Positions 12,874 through 25,342 of a DNA stretch of 64,000 nucleotides are shown piece by piece. Position numbers and translations under genes: made by a program. The DNA is taken from contig OX597821.1 of assembly GCA_951406725.2 (NCBI GenBank), forward strand, positions 12,028,001-12,092,000, written 5' to 3'. The notes under the pieces are model-generated. The model did not search any database. It had not been told where the DNA came from and saw only the letters and a program-made list of their open reading frames with translations. The number at the start of each line of letters is the position of its first letter. Position 1 is the stretch's first letter. The DNA comes from Octopus vulgaris (taxonomy: Eukaryota).

Positions 12874-13084
12874 ACATTGAATATCTTGATATTTTCTTTC
12901 TGAAGCAAGTTTATAACATTAAGTATAGATTCACCCGAAGAAAACCATTCTTGTTTCATGATGGAATCGGTTTATTTATCATTAAACCAGGAATCTGAAG
13001 CGGCTGTAGAGGATTTTATCACGTTTGTCTTTTCTTTGTCTTTCTTTCGTACATTTATATATTTTTTATTGTTTTAATCTTGTA

Positions 13085-13200
13085 CACGTTTCAGTCATTT
13101 GACTCCGGCCAGGCTGGGGCACCATCTCTAGTCGAAGAATTCGACCCCAGATCTTATTCTTTGCAAGCCTAGTACTTAATCTATCCGTCTCTTTTGCCGA
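13085..13200 (-). mobile_element. 3' fragment of SINE family C
   Basis: 'gtttcagtcatttgactccggccaggctggggcacc...tctcttttgccga' matches the family C tail and is cut off exactly where the 13202 inverted repeat starts. Confidence 0.8.
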
Positions 13201-13201
13201 A

Positions 13202-13480
13202 TTAATCAAATTAGAATAGATAGACATATTAGTATAATTATACCTAAAATCTCCAAGAAGTTAAGGAGATAGACAAAGAATACGCTCTCTTACTTCAGTT
13301 TAGAAGTTACTGAATTTTTAAGGAGATATACATTGTTACACTCTCTGTCTGTGCCTCTTCTTGAAAATTCAGTAACTTCTAAACTGGAGTAAGAGAGCGT
13401 ATTCTTTGTCTATCTCCTTAACTTCTTGGAGATTTTAGGTAAAATTATAATAATGTGTCCAACTGTTCTAATTTAATTAA
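13202..13480. repeat. Long inverted repeat (~124-bp arms, ~30-bp spacer), Penelope-like end structure
   Basis: 13202-13325 is the near-perfect reverse complement of 13356-13480, e.g. acctaaaatctccaagaagttaaggagatagacaaagaatacgctctcttac / gtaagagagcgtattctttgtctatctccttaacttcttggagattttaggt. Confidence 0.95.
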
Positions 13481-13494
13481 ATTCTATGTCTTTG

Positions 13495-13580
13495 TGCAGC
13501 CGAAGATTGCTCTGCATCTTAAATTGATGTAATGATTGCATTGTTCAATTAACGGAAATGCATGAAAGGATCGTACTGCA
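13495..13580 (+). ncRNA. Type I hammerhead ribozyme-like motif (CCGAAGA core variant)
   Basis: Stem I TGCAG (13495-13499) / CTGCA (13576-13580). Core CCGAAGA (13500-13506). Long stem II closed by TGC/GCA. GAAA at 13564-13567. Stem III AGGATCGT is one change from the palindrome ACGATCGT. Cleavage triplet GTA (13573-13575). Confidence 0.7.
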
Positions 13581-13613
13581 TTATTTCTGGATAACCTTGT
13601 TGCTTATTTTGAT

Positions 13614-13667
<54 letters not shown>

Positions 13668-13694
13668 GTATAATATACATAATATATAATAATA

Positions 13695-14396
13695 TATCAA
13701 TGATAATATTTATTCTTCGATTTGAAGCGACAATTTTTAAACACAAGGAAATTCTTGTAGATCTCGACAAATGTGTTGAAACGACGAAGCGGAAGAAATG
13801 TAAGTTCGCAGGGGGTTTAATCTGGCGATCTGGGTGCAAATCTGGCGGAAGCGATACCATGTTGTCTTTGGTAAAAAAGCTCGCGAGTGAAGAGATCTCA
13901 GTAATAGACTGCATTGTTGTCGAGAAGAATCCGATTCTTCACTTTCCACAGATCCGGTCGCTTTTGCTGAATGCTTCAACCTTCCACCTCAAAAGCTTCA
14001 AAACTTTGCTGTAGAACTTCCGATTGACCATCCGGCCCTTTTCGACGCACAGTGCTACATTTCTGGGGATGGTGCTCGTGGTAGGTCTTCCAGATCGCTC
14101 GTTATCTTCTAGGGACATTCTTTAACCTCTCGAAACATTGAATACAATCCATTGCTTATCGAAGCATGCTCAATGTCTCTATGTCTCTTTATTCCTGTTC
14201 ATAACGAAATCGCAGACTACAGCATACACATGAAATCAAAAACACAAATTTCAAAACTTATTAAGTAAACACAGCAATGAAACTAAGCACAATGACATCT
14301 CAAGGTTACTGGTAGCTATCATCGCGTATGCAACCGTGTGCTGCCATTTGTTGGCGCACAACAGAACTAGTACGGGAACATTTTGATATCACTTTG
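13695..14396 (-). mobile_element. Degenerate, internally deleted mariner transposon
   Basis: Minus-strand transposase remnants 'MSLEDNERSGRPT', 'IQQKRPDLWKVKNRILLDNNA' and 'FFTKDNMVSLPP'. Mariner-like terminal sequence TA|CAAAGTGATATCAAAATGTTCCCGTACT at the right end. Confidence 0.7.
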
Positions 14397-15111
14397 TATA
14401 TAGTCAAACAGTAGGAATTACAACGTGATTCACGCGCCAGGAGAATCGTAGGTTTATACTTAACAAATCAATGCATAAAAAGAGCCTGATTTAAAATGTT
14501 GAAACGAAAGGATATTCATACACACTCACAGAAATACAGACTCACAGAAACACGCACACATATATAAATCTGGAGTGAATTTTATCTCAAATCTGAGTGT
14601 TCTAAATCTGATCAAAGATCATTCTGTGTGGGAAAAGTATTGCTGCTTTACTGAATATACCAGTATACATATTTATACGCGCAATACAAGTTTCCGCATA
14701 TGTTATTATAACTCAGAGGGGAAACAGGTGTTTCTGCAAAATATTCCTTCGCTATTTCTTGAATAAATCTTCTGTGATTAGTTTTACATATGGCACTCAG
14801 AAAAATAAACACGTAAGCAAATTATATCGATACATTTCTACGTTTGTTCAATTTTTGTTCATAGTTCGAAAAGGGGCCTTCTATTTAAAGCTCGAGAATG
14901 CTAGCGAACTAGACTAAACCTCACGTATAAAGGGAATGTTATAAGTGGAGATCTGTATTATAGCTGATAATTCGTCAGGCATAAGGAATTCGTGTGTTTG
15001 GATTTTGTATTGTATAAAATTGATCATTTTTAGTATTAATATTTATATTATGAGGTTCGGTGTCCCTCTCTTCAACACATGCGTGCTGTGATACATACAT
15101 ACATACATACA

Positions 15112-15189
<78 letters not shown>

Positions 15190-15500
15190 CACGCATATGA
15201 TATGAATAAAGATATGTGTGCGTGTGTTTACGTATGTAGAATTTGTGTGTTGAATGTGCATATATAGTGAGTGTGCAATCGTAACATTTATAAATAATGT
15301 AGATGAATAGGAGAAATTCATACACAAAAACGAAAATGAAAAACACGAGATGTATGCATATATGTATGTATGTAAGACTACCTGAATGTATATATACTCA
15401 CACAAACACATACTTATATCTATCTATATATCTATCTATCTATCTATCTATCTATATATATATATATATATATATATATCAATCTATCTATCTATCTATG

Positions 15501-15578
<78 letters not shown>

Positions 15579-15669
15579 AAGAAAGAAAGAAAGAAAGAAA
15601 GAAAGAGAGGGGTGGAAAAATTTAGGGGGACATTGGGAGAGACATAAACTGACAGCGACAAATAGATGA

Positions 15670-15700
<31 letters not shown>

Positions 15701-15715
15701 GATAGACAGACAGAC

Positions 15716-15788
<73 letters not shown>

Positions 15789-15871
15789 TAGATAGATAGA
15801 CAGACAGACAGACAGGTAGATAGATAGATAGATAGATATATATATATATATATAGATAGATAGAGAGGATT

Positions 15872-15936
<65 letters not shown>

Positions 15937-16418
15937 GACTGTGTACGCATTGAAGAAGAAAAATAGAAAAATATTTGCGGCTTTTGAGATAGCTATTTTG
16001 ATATGACTCAAGGGACAGACAGTAAGAGGTATGTGTAGAGGAAACAAGATTACAGGTTTGATTGTTTTGATATAGACGTCTGAGGGAAGAAGCGAGTCCT
16101 TAATTATAGTGTTGTGCTGAAAATTGGTGTGATGTTTTCTAGTCTAAGATTGTTTATTTGGCGTCTAAAGGTTAAAAGCAAAGTCACGAATGGAAATCAC
16201 TATGTTTATGACCCGCTGTCCGGCATTACAAACGTAATAAATGACCCTATTTTATTCAAGTATTAATTAATATGATGGAAAGGAGTTAATTATGCTAGAT
16301 GGCATTTCTTAAATAAAAGGGTCTCCACAGAAATAACCGAAGTTTTCCCCTGCACTTTTATGAATTCTCCACTACTTAAATGCTGGTCGCTTACTATTCT
16401 TTTCTTTTTCGGAAGATG

Positions 16419-16463
<45 letters not shown>

Positions 16464-16521
16464 GTTGTCGTTGTTGTTGTTGTTGTTGTTGTTATTATTA
16501 TTATTATTGTTGTTATTATTG

Positions 16522-16603
<82 letters not shown>

Positions 16604-17334
16604 CTAGAATCTCTACTAAATTTCGTTTAATTGGTTCGTGATAAAGATCTATTATAGAGAATTAGTACAACTCAAAAGCGTCCGGTCATAAATGTTGCAG
16701 TAAGAAGGAATAAGTACACACGCACAGTCATTTGCGCATGCGCTCCTGCTAACACACATACGTAGAAGAGAAATATGAGAGAAAGGGACTGCGGTTCCGA
16801 GCAGGCTGCTCGGCAAACTTTTATTTCTCTTTTATAGCGACACCAATTCCTGACCCGGTGTCATAGCCTTTTGTTCGCGTGATTTTCTTTACGTATATTG
16901 TTATCTTTTTCTTCTCGTTCGGCGAATAGTTTTCCGTTTGTGCTCATTAATATTCGAGAAAGCAAATTCTTTGTTGGTGGTATTTAGCCCTTGGTGAGGC
17001 CTGATCAAAGAAATCTTTAGTGAAAGCCATTCAAGCCCTGGCCATTCCATATTTCTCTCAGGAATTATTCAAATAGTAATTACATTACGCAAAAAAGTTT
17101 TAAAATAGAAAGATGCTGCTTAAAAAGACTAGCTGCACCCTCTAGTAGATTGAGAGACCACTTTAAGGCGCTCTTGTAAGATTGGTATAATTTTTTCTGT
17201 TCTGGAGCGAAAATACCAGCGAACATAAAATATGTTTTGAGGTAGGTGTATTTTTATAAAACAATGTGACTGATTTTAGTTTTGATGGTTAGGGACTGAA
17301 TAAGTGTATAGAGGAGAATATTAAACTAAACTCG

Positions 17335-17678
17335 ACTCCGTCGGTCACGAATAATCATGGGCGGACCTAAGAGGTTACCCTCCGGGGTACAAGTCTGGAC
17401 AGGATGTTGTTTTACTGGCGAGCGCACAACCTGGGGTTGTTTTTTTGGAAGACCAGCAGTCGCCCATGTATACCAGCCACCCCTCTCCACGTCTTGTTAC
17501 CCAAGAGAAAGACAAAGGCCGATACAGCTTGGTACCACTGACGTCGCAATTCATTTCTACAACTGAGTGAACTGGAGCAACATGTAATAAAGTGTCATGC
17601 TCAAGACACTTTATTACGCGTCCGAGAATCGAACTCACAACCTTGAGATCATAAGTTTGATGCTCTAACCACTGAGGA
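17335..17678 (-). mobile_element. tRNA-derived SINE, family D
   Basis: The minus strand reads 'ctcagtggttagagcatc...gagttcgattctcggac...actttattacatgttgctccagttcactcag...gcgactgctggtcttcc', homologous to 9700-10035. Confidence 0.85.
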
Positions 17679-18827
17679 ATCTTATATTTAGATAATATGG
17701 ACGGAAGTGAATAGCATTTTTAGTGATTGGAAACTCTAAATCCAAGTGTTATATTTACACTTCGATACTACATTTTCATAATGATGAATATTGATTTCTT
17801 ATATGAACACGACATTAAATCTAAGGGAATTGTTTAACCTATTAGATTCATATTTTGTGATATGTCATCATTATCATCATCTTCAATATAATCAAGGGAA
17901 ATGTGTACGAAACAACCCTGCAATGCGATTTGTAAATGTCATAATCATCCATGCTCCTATGCTTGGGTATGCAACTCTCTCTTATAATGAAGTTTGAACC
18001 ATTTGGCTGAGTTTGAAATCAAAGGCAAAGCACACAAGTATTACCGCAAGCCACATTATTCGTCGCTATAACAATTTCGCTTCTATAATGCGCTAAGGTG
18101 GATTGTCAGTACATTAGCGATTGATTTCGATGACATGCAATGTATCTTGAAAGCTGTGTGCGGATGAGTGTAACGCTGCCTGTCTTCCGGGTGTTTCATT
18201 TTAACAGAACCTACTGGCAGTTGCACTAATAAAGAGATGCTCCCGCTCTCACAATTCTCGGTCATACTATAGGCTGTTATTACAATACTCTCATATTCAA
18301 ATTTCTTATTTGTGTAATTCATAATTGAATAAATGTCTGATTTTATGTAATTCAGATAGTTCATACTCTGGCACGCGTAGAAACGAAAGGTTTATGAACT
18401 CACCACTATATTGATGAATATCTTATCTGCGAGGGTACGAATCCAACATACGAATATGATTTTCGGAAATCATCACCATCTAAGTAACCATTTCGACTCA
18501 CAAATGATCAAGAATTATTGACAGGGATCTTTTCCCTTTGAATGGCAGATCGAGAAATTAATTTTTTGTAACTAAACTCTTTCAAACTTCGGACACTGGT
18601 AGAATGTGTCATATAAAACATCTTTTACCGTTAGCGTTTTTGAGGAAACTTTCTCTTTACGAAGTTATTTCGTGTTAAAGTTGTCGTATTTCCGTAATTT
18701 CAACCAATCAATATCGTGTATTCAGCTGAATAAAATTACTGCCGTTGTTTGTCAACAACTCTCGACGGTGTATACTTCGTTTGTCACTGTTATTTATGAC
18801 ATCGTTCGTCCGTTTGTACAGGTTTCA

Positions 18828-19004
18828 GCTTTAGGGTTTTAGGGTTAGGGTTAGGGTTTTAGGGTTAGGGTTAGAGTTAGAGTTTTAGGTTTAGGGTTAA
18901 GGTTTTTTGCTTTAAGGTTTTAGGGCTAGGGTTAGAGCTAGGGTTCTAGGGTTAGGTTTGGGTTTTAGGGTCAGGGTTTTGGTGTCAGCGTAGGGTTTTA
19001 GGGC
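18828..19004 (+). repeat. Interstitial telomere-like (TTAGGG/TTTTAGGG) tract
   Basis: ~175 bp of TTAGGG, TTTTAGGG, TTAGAG, CTAGGG and TCAGGG units that degrade toward the right. Confidence 0.9.
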
Positions 19005-20887
19005 TATCTCCACGTTCACAAACTCTCCGTAGTGTGTTGTCCCAAGGGTTGACAGCTGTAGTGATGTTTCATACATTAGTCATGGTTCTTCTGCCCATGT
19101 ATTGCGTAAATACCATGTGGCAGATGTGTAGCGCAAACGCCCTTCTCATATTTATTTGTAATTAAATAATACTCATATGCCTTCATTCACCGTGTCCAAC
19201 GCTCAGATTCTGCCGATTCTGACTTCTATTTCAACGGTATAAGCAAGCTTCTCAGTTTGTTTGAAGAGATGTGTATCAATTTTATTCTTGCACTTTCGTG
19301 AATAATTTACTCGAGAAAGTCTGTATTATTATTATGTTTATAATCTACAGCTTTTGCACAAGTTACTGTACTTGCAGTTGTTCTAAGGTGGTATCTCATT
19401 TATGCTCGCGACGCTAGAAAAATGAACTGCTGGTTTATTATATCTAACTGAATAGTATCTTTATATTGGTGTAAATAAGGGAACGTTTCATGTCCATGAA
19501 AATATCTTATGCTTTGATTTTAGTATTACCGAGATCAATGTACAGTAGCAGCAATCGCTGAGCAGAAACATCAACCACCAGCCCATGTGCCGCGCATCAT
19601 TTTCAGTTTTATATATCAGTAGAACTTTTCTATATGTTCTCTCCGGATGCTGACGGAATATCCTGTCACAGAACGGACAAAGTTCCTCTCAGTTCTTCTT
19701 CGATTTTGAAATTCAAAGCTAGCTTGCCTACATCTCGGCAGTATATTGGTTTTTACCTACTTTATCCATTCCTTCATTTCGTTAAACTGGTACATATTTT
19801 TTTTTTACTCTGTGTGTCATACTTTTCTGTATATCGGAATGCGGTATTAGTGATGGAGGTGGTGGTAGTGATGACAGTATTAGTGTTCGTGGTGCTGGTT
19901 ATGGTAGTACTAGTAGTAGATGTTGTTGGTAATGGATGTAGTGGTGTAGTCAGTGGTGTTCGAAGTGTTTTGTATTTAAATTAACTGTATTAAATGCAGG
20001 CGTATTTATGTTTAGGGTTCAGAAAGTACCCCTATTCTGAAAAGTAATTCGGTGACTGGATTGTTTATTGTAAGTCTTACTGATTTTCGTTTAGGTAAGC
20101 CACCAAGGAAGACTTTGTAATACCTACAAGGGTATGAAAAGACTGAAGATAAAACTCTCATCTATCCTAGGAAATGAAGATAACTCTCAAAACCGTGAAG
20201 GCTTCCTGTTAGTAAAGATTCGGCAAAAAATTATATATTGTAATCTGTTTAAAAATGGCTTCCTTCACAAATCTTTTGAATGAACGGGAAATAAAAATGA
20301 CAACAATAATAATTCTAAGCGTACTAAATTCTACATCGTATCTCATTGCTAAGATGAAACATCCCACACATTTTATATTGGAAAATGAATAAACATTAAT
20401 TTTCCCCAACTTCTCTGTCTTATGTTACTCTGCTGATTTACATCAATACAAATCTGGTTTTGTTAGAAATCACCGTTTATTTCCATTTGTTTAGTTTTAT
20501 AGATTATACTCTCTTAGTAGTTCTCCTTACTTCGTTATTACATAAAAGTTTTTTTTCCTTTTAACATCATCGGTTTATGTGCCATGAAAGATAATCCCTT
20601 CAGAGTATTGATCTCATTTTTCATCTCTAAATCTGTTTAACAAAATGTTCACTCATTACGTCATTATATACAGTTTAGGGAATAAATCACAGCTGTTTGC
20701 TTCAAAATATTTTACCTCCACAGTAAAGTATACATCGCTTTCCTTTGAGTGTAGGTTTCCCTACGAAGCCTTCTTACTTTGTTTTGCATTGTTTATGGTA
20801 TCATAATTCCCAAACTCAAAAAATTATTGCCATCGGAGTAGAATAAATTCATTCTTCAAAACAATAATATTTCATCTTAAATTTGAA

Positions 20888-21310
20888 CTTGCTGTAGATT
20901 GGCAATATCATTAGAGAGACGAGAGAGAAAGAGAAGAAAAATCAACGGTTTACGTTTCGTCTCTTTTAAATTCTGAGCGCAAAGCTGTCAAAGTCAAATT
21001 TGCCTTTGTATTACGTTTGAAGTAATGGATTGAGCTTTCCATATATGATCTAGACTTTGTATTTCTATATTAGAAAAGATTGTTATGAAATTTCGGCAGG
21101 TGATGAATTGATAGACTCGTTAGAGCGGGACAAAAATATCTGCCGCTATTAATTCTTTCTGTATATGTTCTGAATTTGATTTCTACCCATGCCAACTCAC
21201 GCGTTCATACTTCCACGAATGATAAAACTAAATGGCTCCCAACAACTGGACTTAATATTGTCGACTAACTTTTCCTGAATTGCTAAATTTTGCGCTTAAA
21301 TTACAGATTA
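20888..21310 (+). mobile_element. Two highly degenerate tandem SINE family A copies
   Basis: Residual motifs 'ttctgagcgcaaagctgtcaaagtcaaatttgccttt' and 'gttctgaatttgatttctacccatgccaac...gataaaactaa'. Confidence 0.45.
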
Positions 21311-21984
21311 TTGTTTTCAAATGTCGAACAAATGCTTTTTACAAAGCCATGCAATATAAAATATCTTACCTAGAGCTATGCGGTTTATATAAAATCATTT
21401 GCTACTTCAAACTTAGAAGAACTTTATTACTGTATTGTCTGATTCTAAATTAATAAATTGTGAGTAGTGGTGTCAGTTCTATCACTAGGGGGTCCTATCT
21501 TAAAAGCACTTATGTCTTTAAGTAGTGATACGGTCTGTGTATGCATATTTCAAGCGAAATCCAGTTAAGAGGTATAAATCTCTCTTGACATTGACATGAG
21601 AATCCATCCGTTTACAAGATTCCACCCTGAAGCAAACATATCTAAACATCACTATTTCTTCCTTATATTATGTTTCATGCAGAGCATTTACTTTAATACG
21701 CACTCTCACTCACATAACTACATCTTCTTCCCTATGTGGAGGACAGACAGAGTTATTTCCATACGTTTCTTTACTTCTGCATTGAAGTCCGGTCGTAGAC
21801 GAAATTACCTTTCATTCTTTCCTTCGACTACAAAGAATGTAAATGTTTCAATTCTTGATATCGGGCTGACTGACTGTTCTCGAAGCTTCTAAAGTGTTGA
21901 GTTGTACCTAAATTGTTGATGTTGCGATTATAATGATGATGATGATCATCATCATCAGCATCATCATCGTTGTCGTCGTCATTA

Positions 21985-23448
21985 TTATTATGATTATGTT
22001 TTTTCCTTCTTTCTTCTAATTTTGTTCCGTTTCTCGCCGAGTGTTTTTCATACACCTAGGGCAGAGAAGCTCATTGTATGCATTCCCAGATTACACACGC
22101 TAATTCACAGATAAAATATGTATTTAAAAATTAATAAATAAATAAATTCTTGGATGGATTTTGTTTTCACAGCGATAGTGCTCGTCTCAGTATATGAGCC
22201 GTTCCAGTTAATACGATTTTTTCACTTCCTGTAGGGATGGTAAGCCTGGAATCATTTTCAAATAGGTTTCAGTACCTTTTTTTTATCATTCCTAAAGATC
22301 CTACAATCACTGGTACTGTAGTCGCCTTGAGATACCACATTTTTCAATTTCTATTAGCAGGTCTTTATATTTACAAATCTTGTCAAATTCTTTCGGCGCT
22401 ATATTGTGATCGCAAGGGATACTCATGTCAATTAATAAACACATATTTTTTGTCTAATCTTTTATAATAATATCCGGTTTATTAGTTTTTATAGTCTTGT
22501 CGGTATGTACGGGGAAGTCCCATAGAATCGACACATTTTCTCCCTCAGTCACAGCTTCAGGATGGTGTTTATACCATTTGTCAGCGGTTTTGATTATATA
22601 ATGCCGACATATTGTCCAATGTAAATACTGGCCGACTCTGTCATGTCTTGCTTTATATTCTGCAGGTGCTAAGACTCTACACCCTGAGATTAGGTGGTCT
22701 ATTGTTTCAATCTCATCGTTACAGAATCGGCATTTTGGGTCAGCTCCATTTTTTATCACATTGGCTTGGTAGTTCCGGGTTAATAAGCTTTGGTCTTGAG
22801 AAGCTAATATGAAACCTTCACTCTCTGCTTTTAGCCCTGAGCTTCGTAACCATTGGTGCGTGTGTTTCTGGTCGACATCAGCTTGTTTGCTACGGGCCAC
22901 ATACTTGCCATGGAGAGGTTTCTGTTCCCAACTGCTAGCTAAATTTTCATGTGCTTTTGTCTTTGCAATTAATTTTATTTTCTTTGCAGCTGCAGATGGT
23001 GCATTTTCTTCAGCCTGATCAATCTGGTGGGTATCTAAGAGATCAGCAACGAATTGTTTGCTCTCTTTGAGAATAGAGTGAAGTCTTTTCAGTCTTTCAT
23101 GTTTTTCAACAAGTTTTAGCATCCAATCGTTGGTTGCTTCAGGAATTTTGCCAGTCCGATTGTAGTGGTTTTGTATGTAAGTTCAAGCTGGATCAAACCT
23201 TGACCTCCCTGAGCTCTGGGAAGGTAAAGGCGATCCACGTCAGCCTTTGGATGGTGCTTGCGGATTTTTCTGTCAATTTTCATTATTTCACTGGTATTCC
23301 AGTTAAGCACATTGACGCTATAAAGAACAACTGGTACTGCTAAGGAATTTATGGCTAACACCTTATTATATGCATTCAGCTCAGACTCCAGGACTGCTCG
23401 AACTCTTCTATAACATTACTTCCTAACCTTCTCTTTTATGCTTGCATG
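21985..23448 (-). mobile_element. 5'-truncated R4/Dong-clade non-LTR retrotransposon (RT thumb, CCHC zinc finger, restriction-like endonuclease), pseudogenised
   Basis: Minus-strand motifs AINSLAVPV, HHPKADVDRLYLPRAQGGQGL, WEQKPLHGKY, CRFC...ETIDHLISGC (CCHC), RHDRV, ILWDFPVHTD...NKPDIII (PD), LIDMSIP and VPVIVGSLG, ending 'HILRRALSL*' at 22167. The 3' end runs into (TAA/TGA)n. Stops and frameshifts are present. Confidence 0.92.
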
Positions 23449-23843
23449 CCTTGCAGGTGGGGCCCAGTTAGAATTTTCTTCTGGTCGAGTAACTCATCCC
23501 ACTCAAAAGGTACCTGAATAAGCGTTGTTTAAGGATGTTTAACGAACCACCTATGTTTCCAGAAGTGAATTATTCAAACACCAAAGAATCCCTCTCATCA
23601 CATGGCTACGATGCTCGCCCACTACTTCTGCTAATGATCAGAGATGCACATATCGTCAGCCGCTAAGAGACATGCTCAACTGGTTACGGTCAAACAACTG
23701 ACAAGCAAATCTGTGGTATTGAGCAGAAAATTTGCTGTAGCCCATCTTTTATGCCAAGACAAAACAACGTACGTGATAACACTTCCAATCAGTTAAGATC
23801 AGAAGCTACGAGAGCCACTGCCGGGTACTGCATCAGGGCATTT
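23449..23843 (-). mobile_element. 5' ~395 nt of non-autonomous (TAA)n-associated element E, fused to the R4/Dong remnant
   Basis: Colinear and highly similar to 51610-52004. The outer end abuts (ATC/ATT)n. Strand is assigned from the colinear Dong ORF. Confidence 0.85.
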
Positions 23844-23867
23844 ATTATCATCATCATCATCATCATT

Positions 23868-23898
<31 letters not shown>

Positions 23899-23913
23899 TT
23901 ACTATTATTATTA

Positions 23914-23965
<52 letters not shown>

Positions 23966-24055
23966 TACTATTACTGTAGTAGTAGCAGCAGCAGCAGCGT
24001 TAGTAGTAGTAGTAGTAGTAGTAGTAATAGTAATAGTAGTAGTAGTAGTATTAGC

Positions 24056-24154
<99 letters not shown>

Positions 24155-24205
24155 TGTGGTAGTAGTAGTTGTAGTAGTAGTAGCATTAGTGGTAGTGTTT
24201 ATTAT
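23844..24205. repeat. Compound trinucleotide microsatellite (ATC/ATT/GTA/GCA)
   Basis: Direct reading of the sequence; source of the poly-I/V/L/T/N pseudo-ORFs. Confidence 0.95.
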
Positions 24206-24310
24206 TAACGCAGCAAAGTCGGGGAGCTGGTACAATAGTTAGCGATTCTTTCTGCTCAAAACCATTATAGAAAAAAAAGGAAGGAAGAGAAGGAAAAAAG
24301 AAGGGGAAAC

Positions 24311-24360
<50 letters not shown>

Positions 24361-25306
24361 TACTGCTGTCATTATCATCGTTTTCATCAACGTCATCATC
24401 ATCATCATCATCATCATCCTCGTGATGTTTGGTTGATTCTTCAACATCGCTGACATCAACATCAACATCATTAAGATGATTTGGTATGCAGTCACATATT
24501 CATTCATCGGCTGAAATTCAATTGTTGGGAGAAGAGAGCTGTGCAATGTCCAAGTTATGAAAATGGCAATATTTGTTTTCTTTTTTTTTTCTCTGGCTAA
24601 AACAAAAGGTAAAATATAAATATATAAACGCCAGCTCCATTTTTACTCTCAAATATTTTATACACTTTTTCCTGTGTCGATTTCATAAATCTACACAAAG
24701 AAAATGAAAAAGATATTAAAGGAAAAAAAAAAACGATTCTAGGCACTTCTTGGTACACAGTTTCAAAGTTGAAGATTATGTATATATGGAATTCCCAAAA
24801 GTCTATAGATTTATTATTTTTGTTGTTGTTGCCGCTGTTTTATGCTTTTTCTGATGTTGTTTAACATTGATAGAATTACATATGAAATTCTTGTCTCAGG
24901 CGCCCGGCTGTTTTCTCTCTGGTAACTAAATCTCTCGTTTCTCCTGACATCTCTAACTTACAATATGCAGGCGGCTATGTGTTGTGATTCTCTCTCTCTC
25001 TCCCACTTTCTCTCTATCCCCTTTACTCTCTCTCTCTCTCCCACACACTTCCTCTCCTTCCGTCTCTCTCCCACTTTCTCCTCTCTCTCCTACACTCTCT
25101 CTCGCTCCCCCTCTCTCTCTCATTATTTTCCTTTGCCTCAAATCCATAGAATATTTCTCGTTTTTCTAATTGTACAAAACTATATTTAGTTCATATTTAT
25201 TTCTTTTTTCACTCATATTCCATTCTCTATTTCCTCGTTTGTTCGCGTTTTTCTTTACTCTTCCTCATCTTCCTACTCCTCCTCCATCTCCTATTTATCC
25301 TTCGTC

Positions 25307-25342
<36 letters not shown>

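Noticed and set aside
18828-19004. True chromosome end
   Set aside because: The tract is short, degenerate and flanked by ordinary sequence on both sides.
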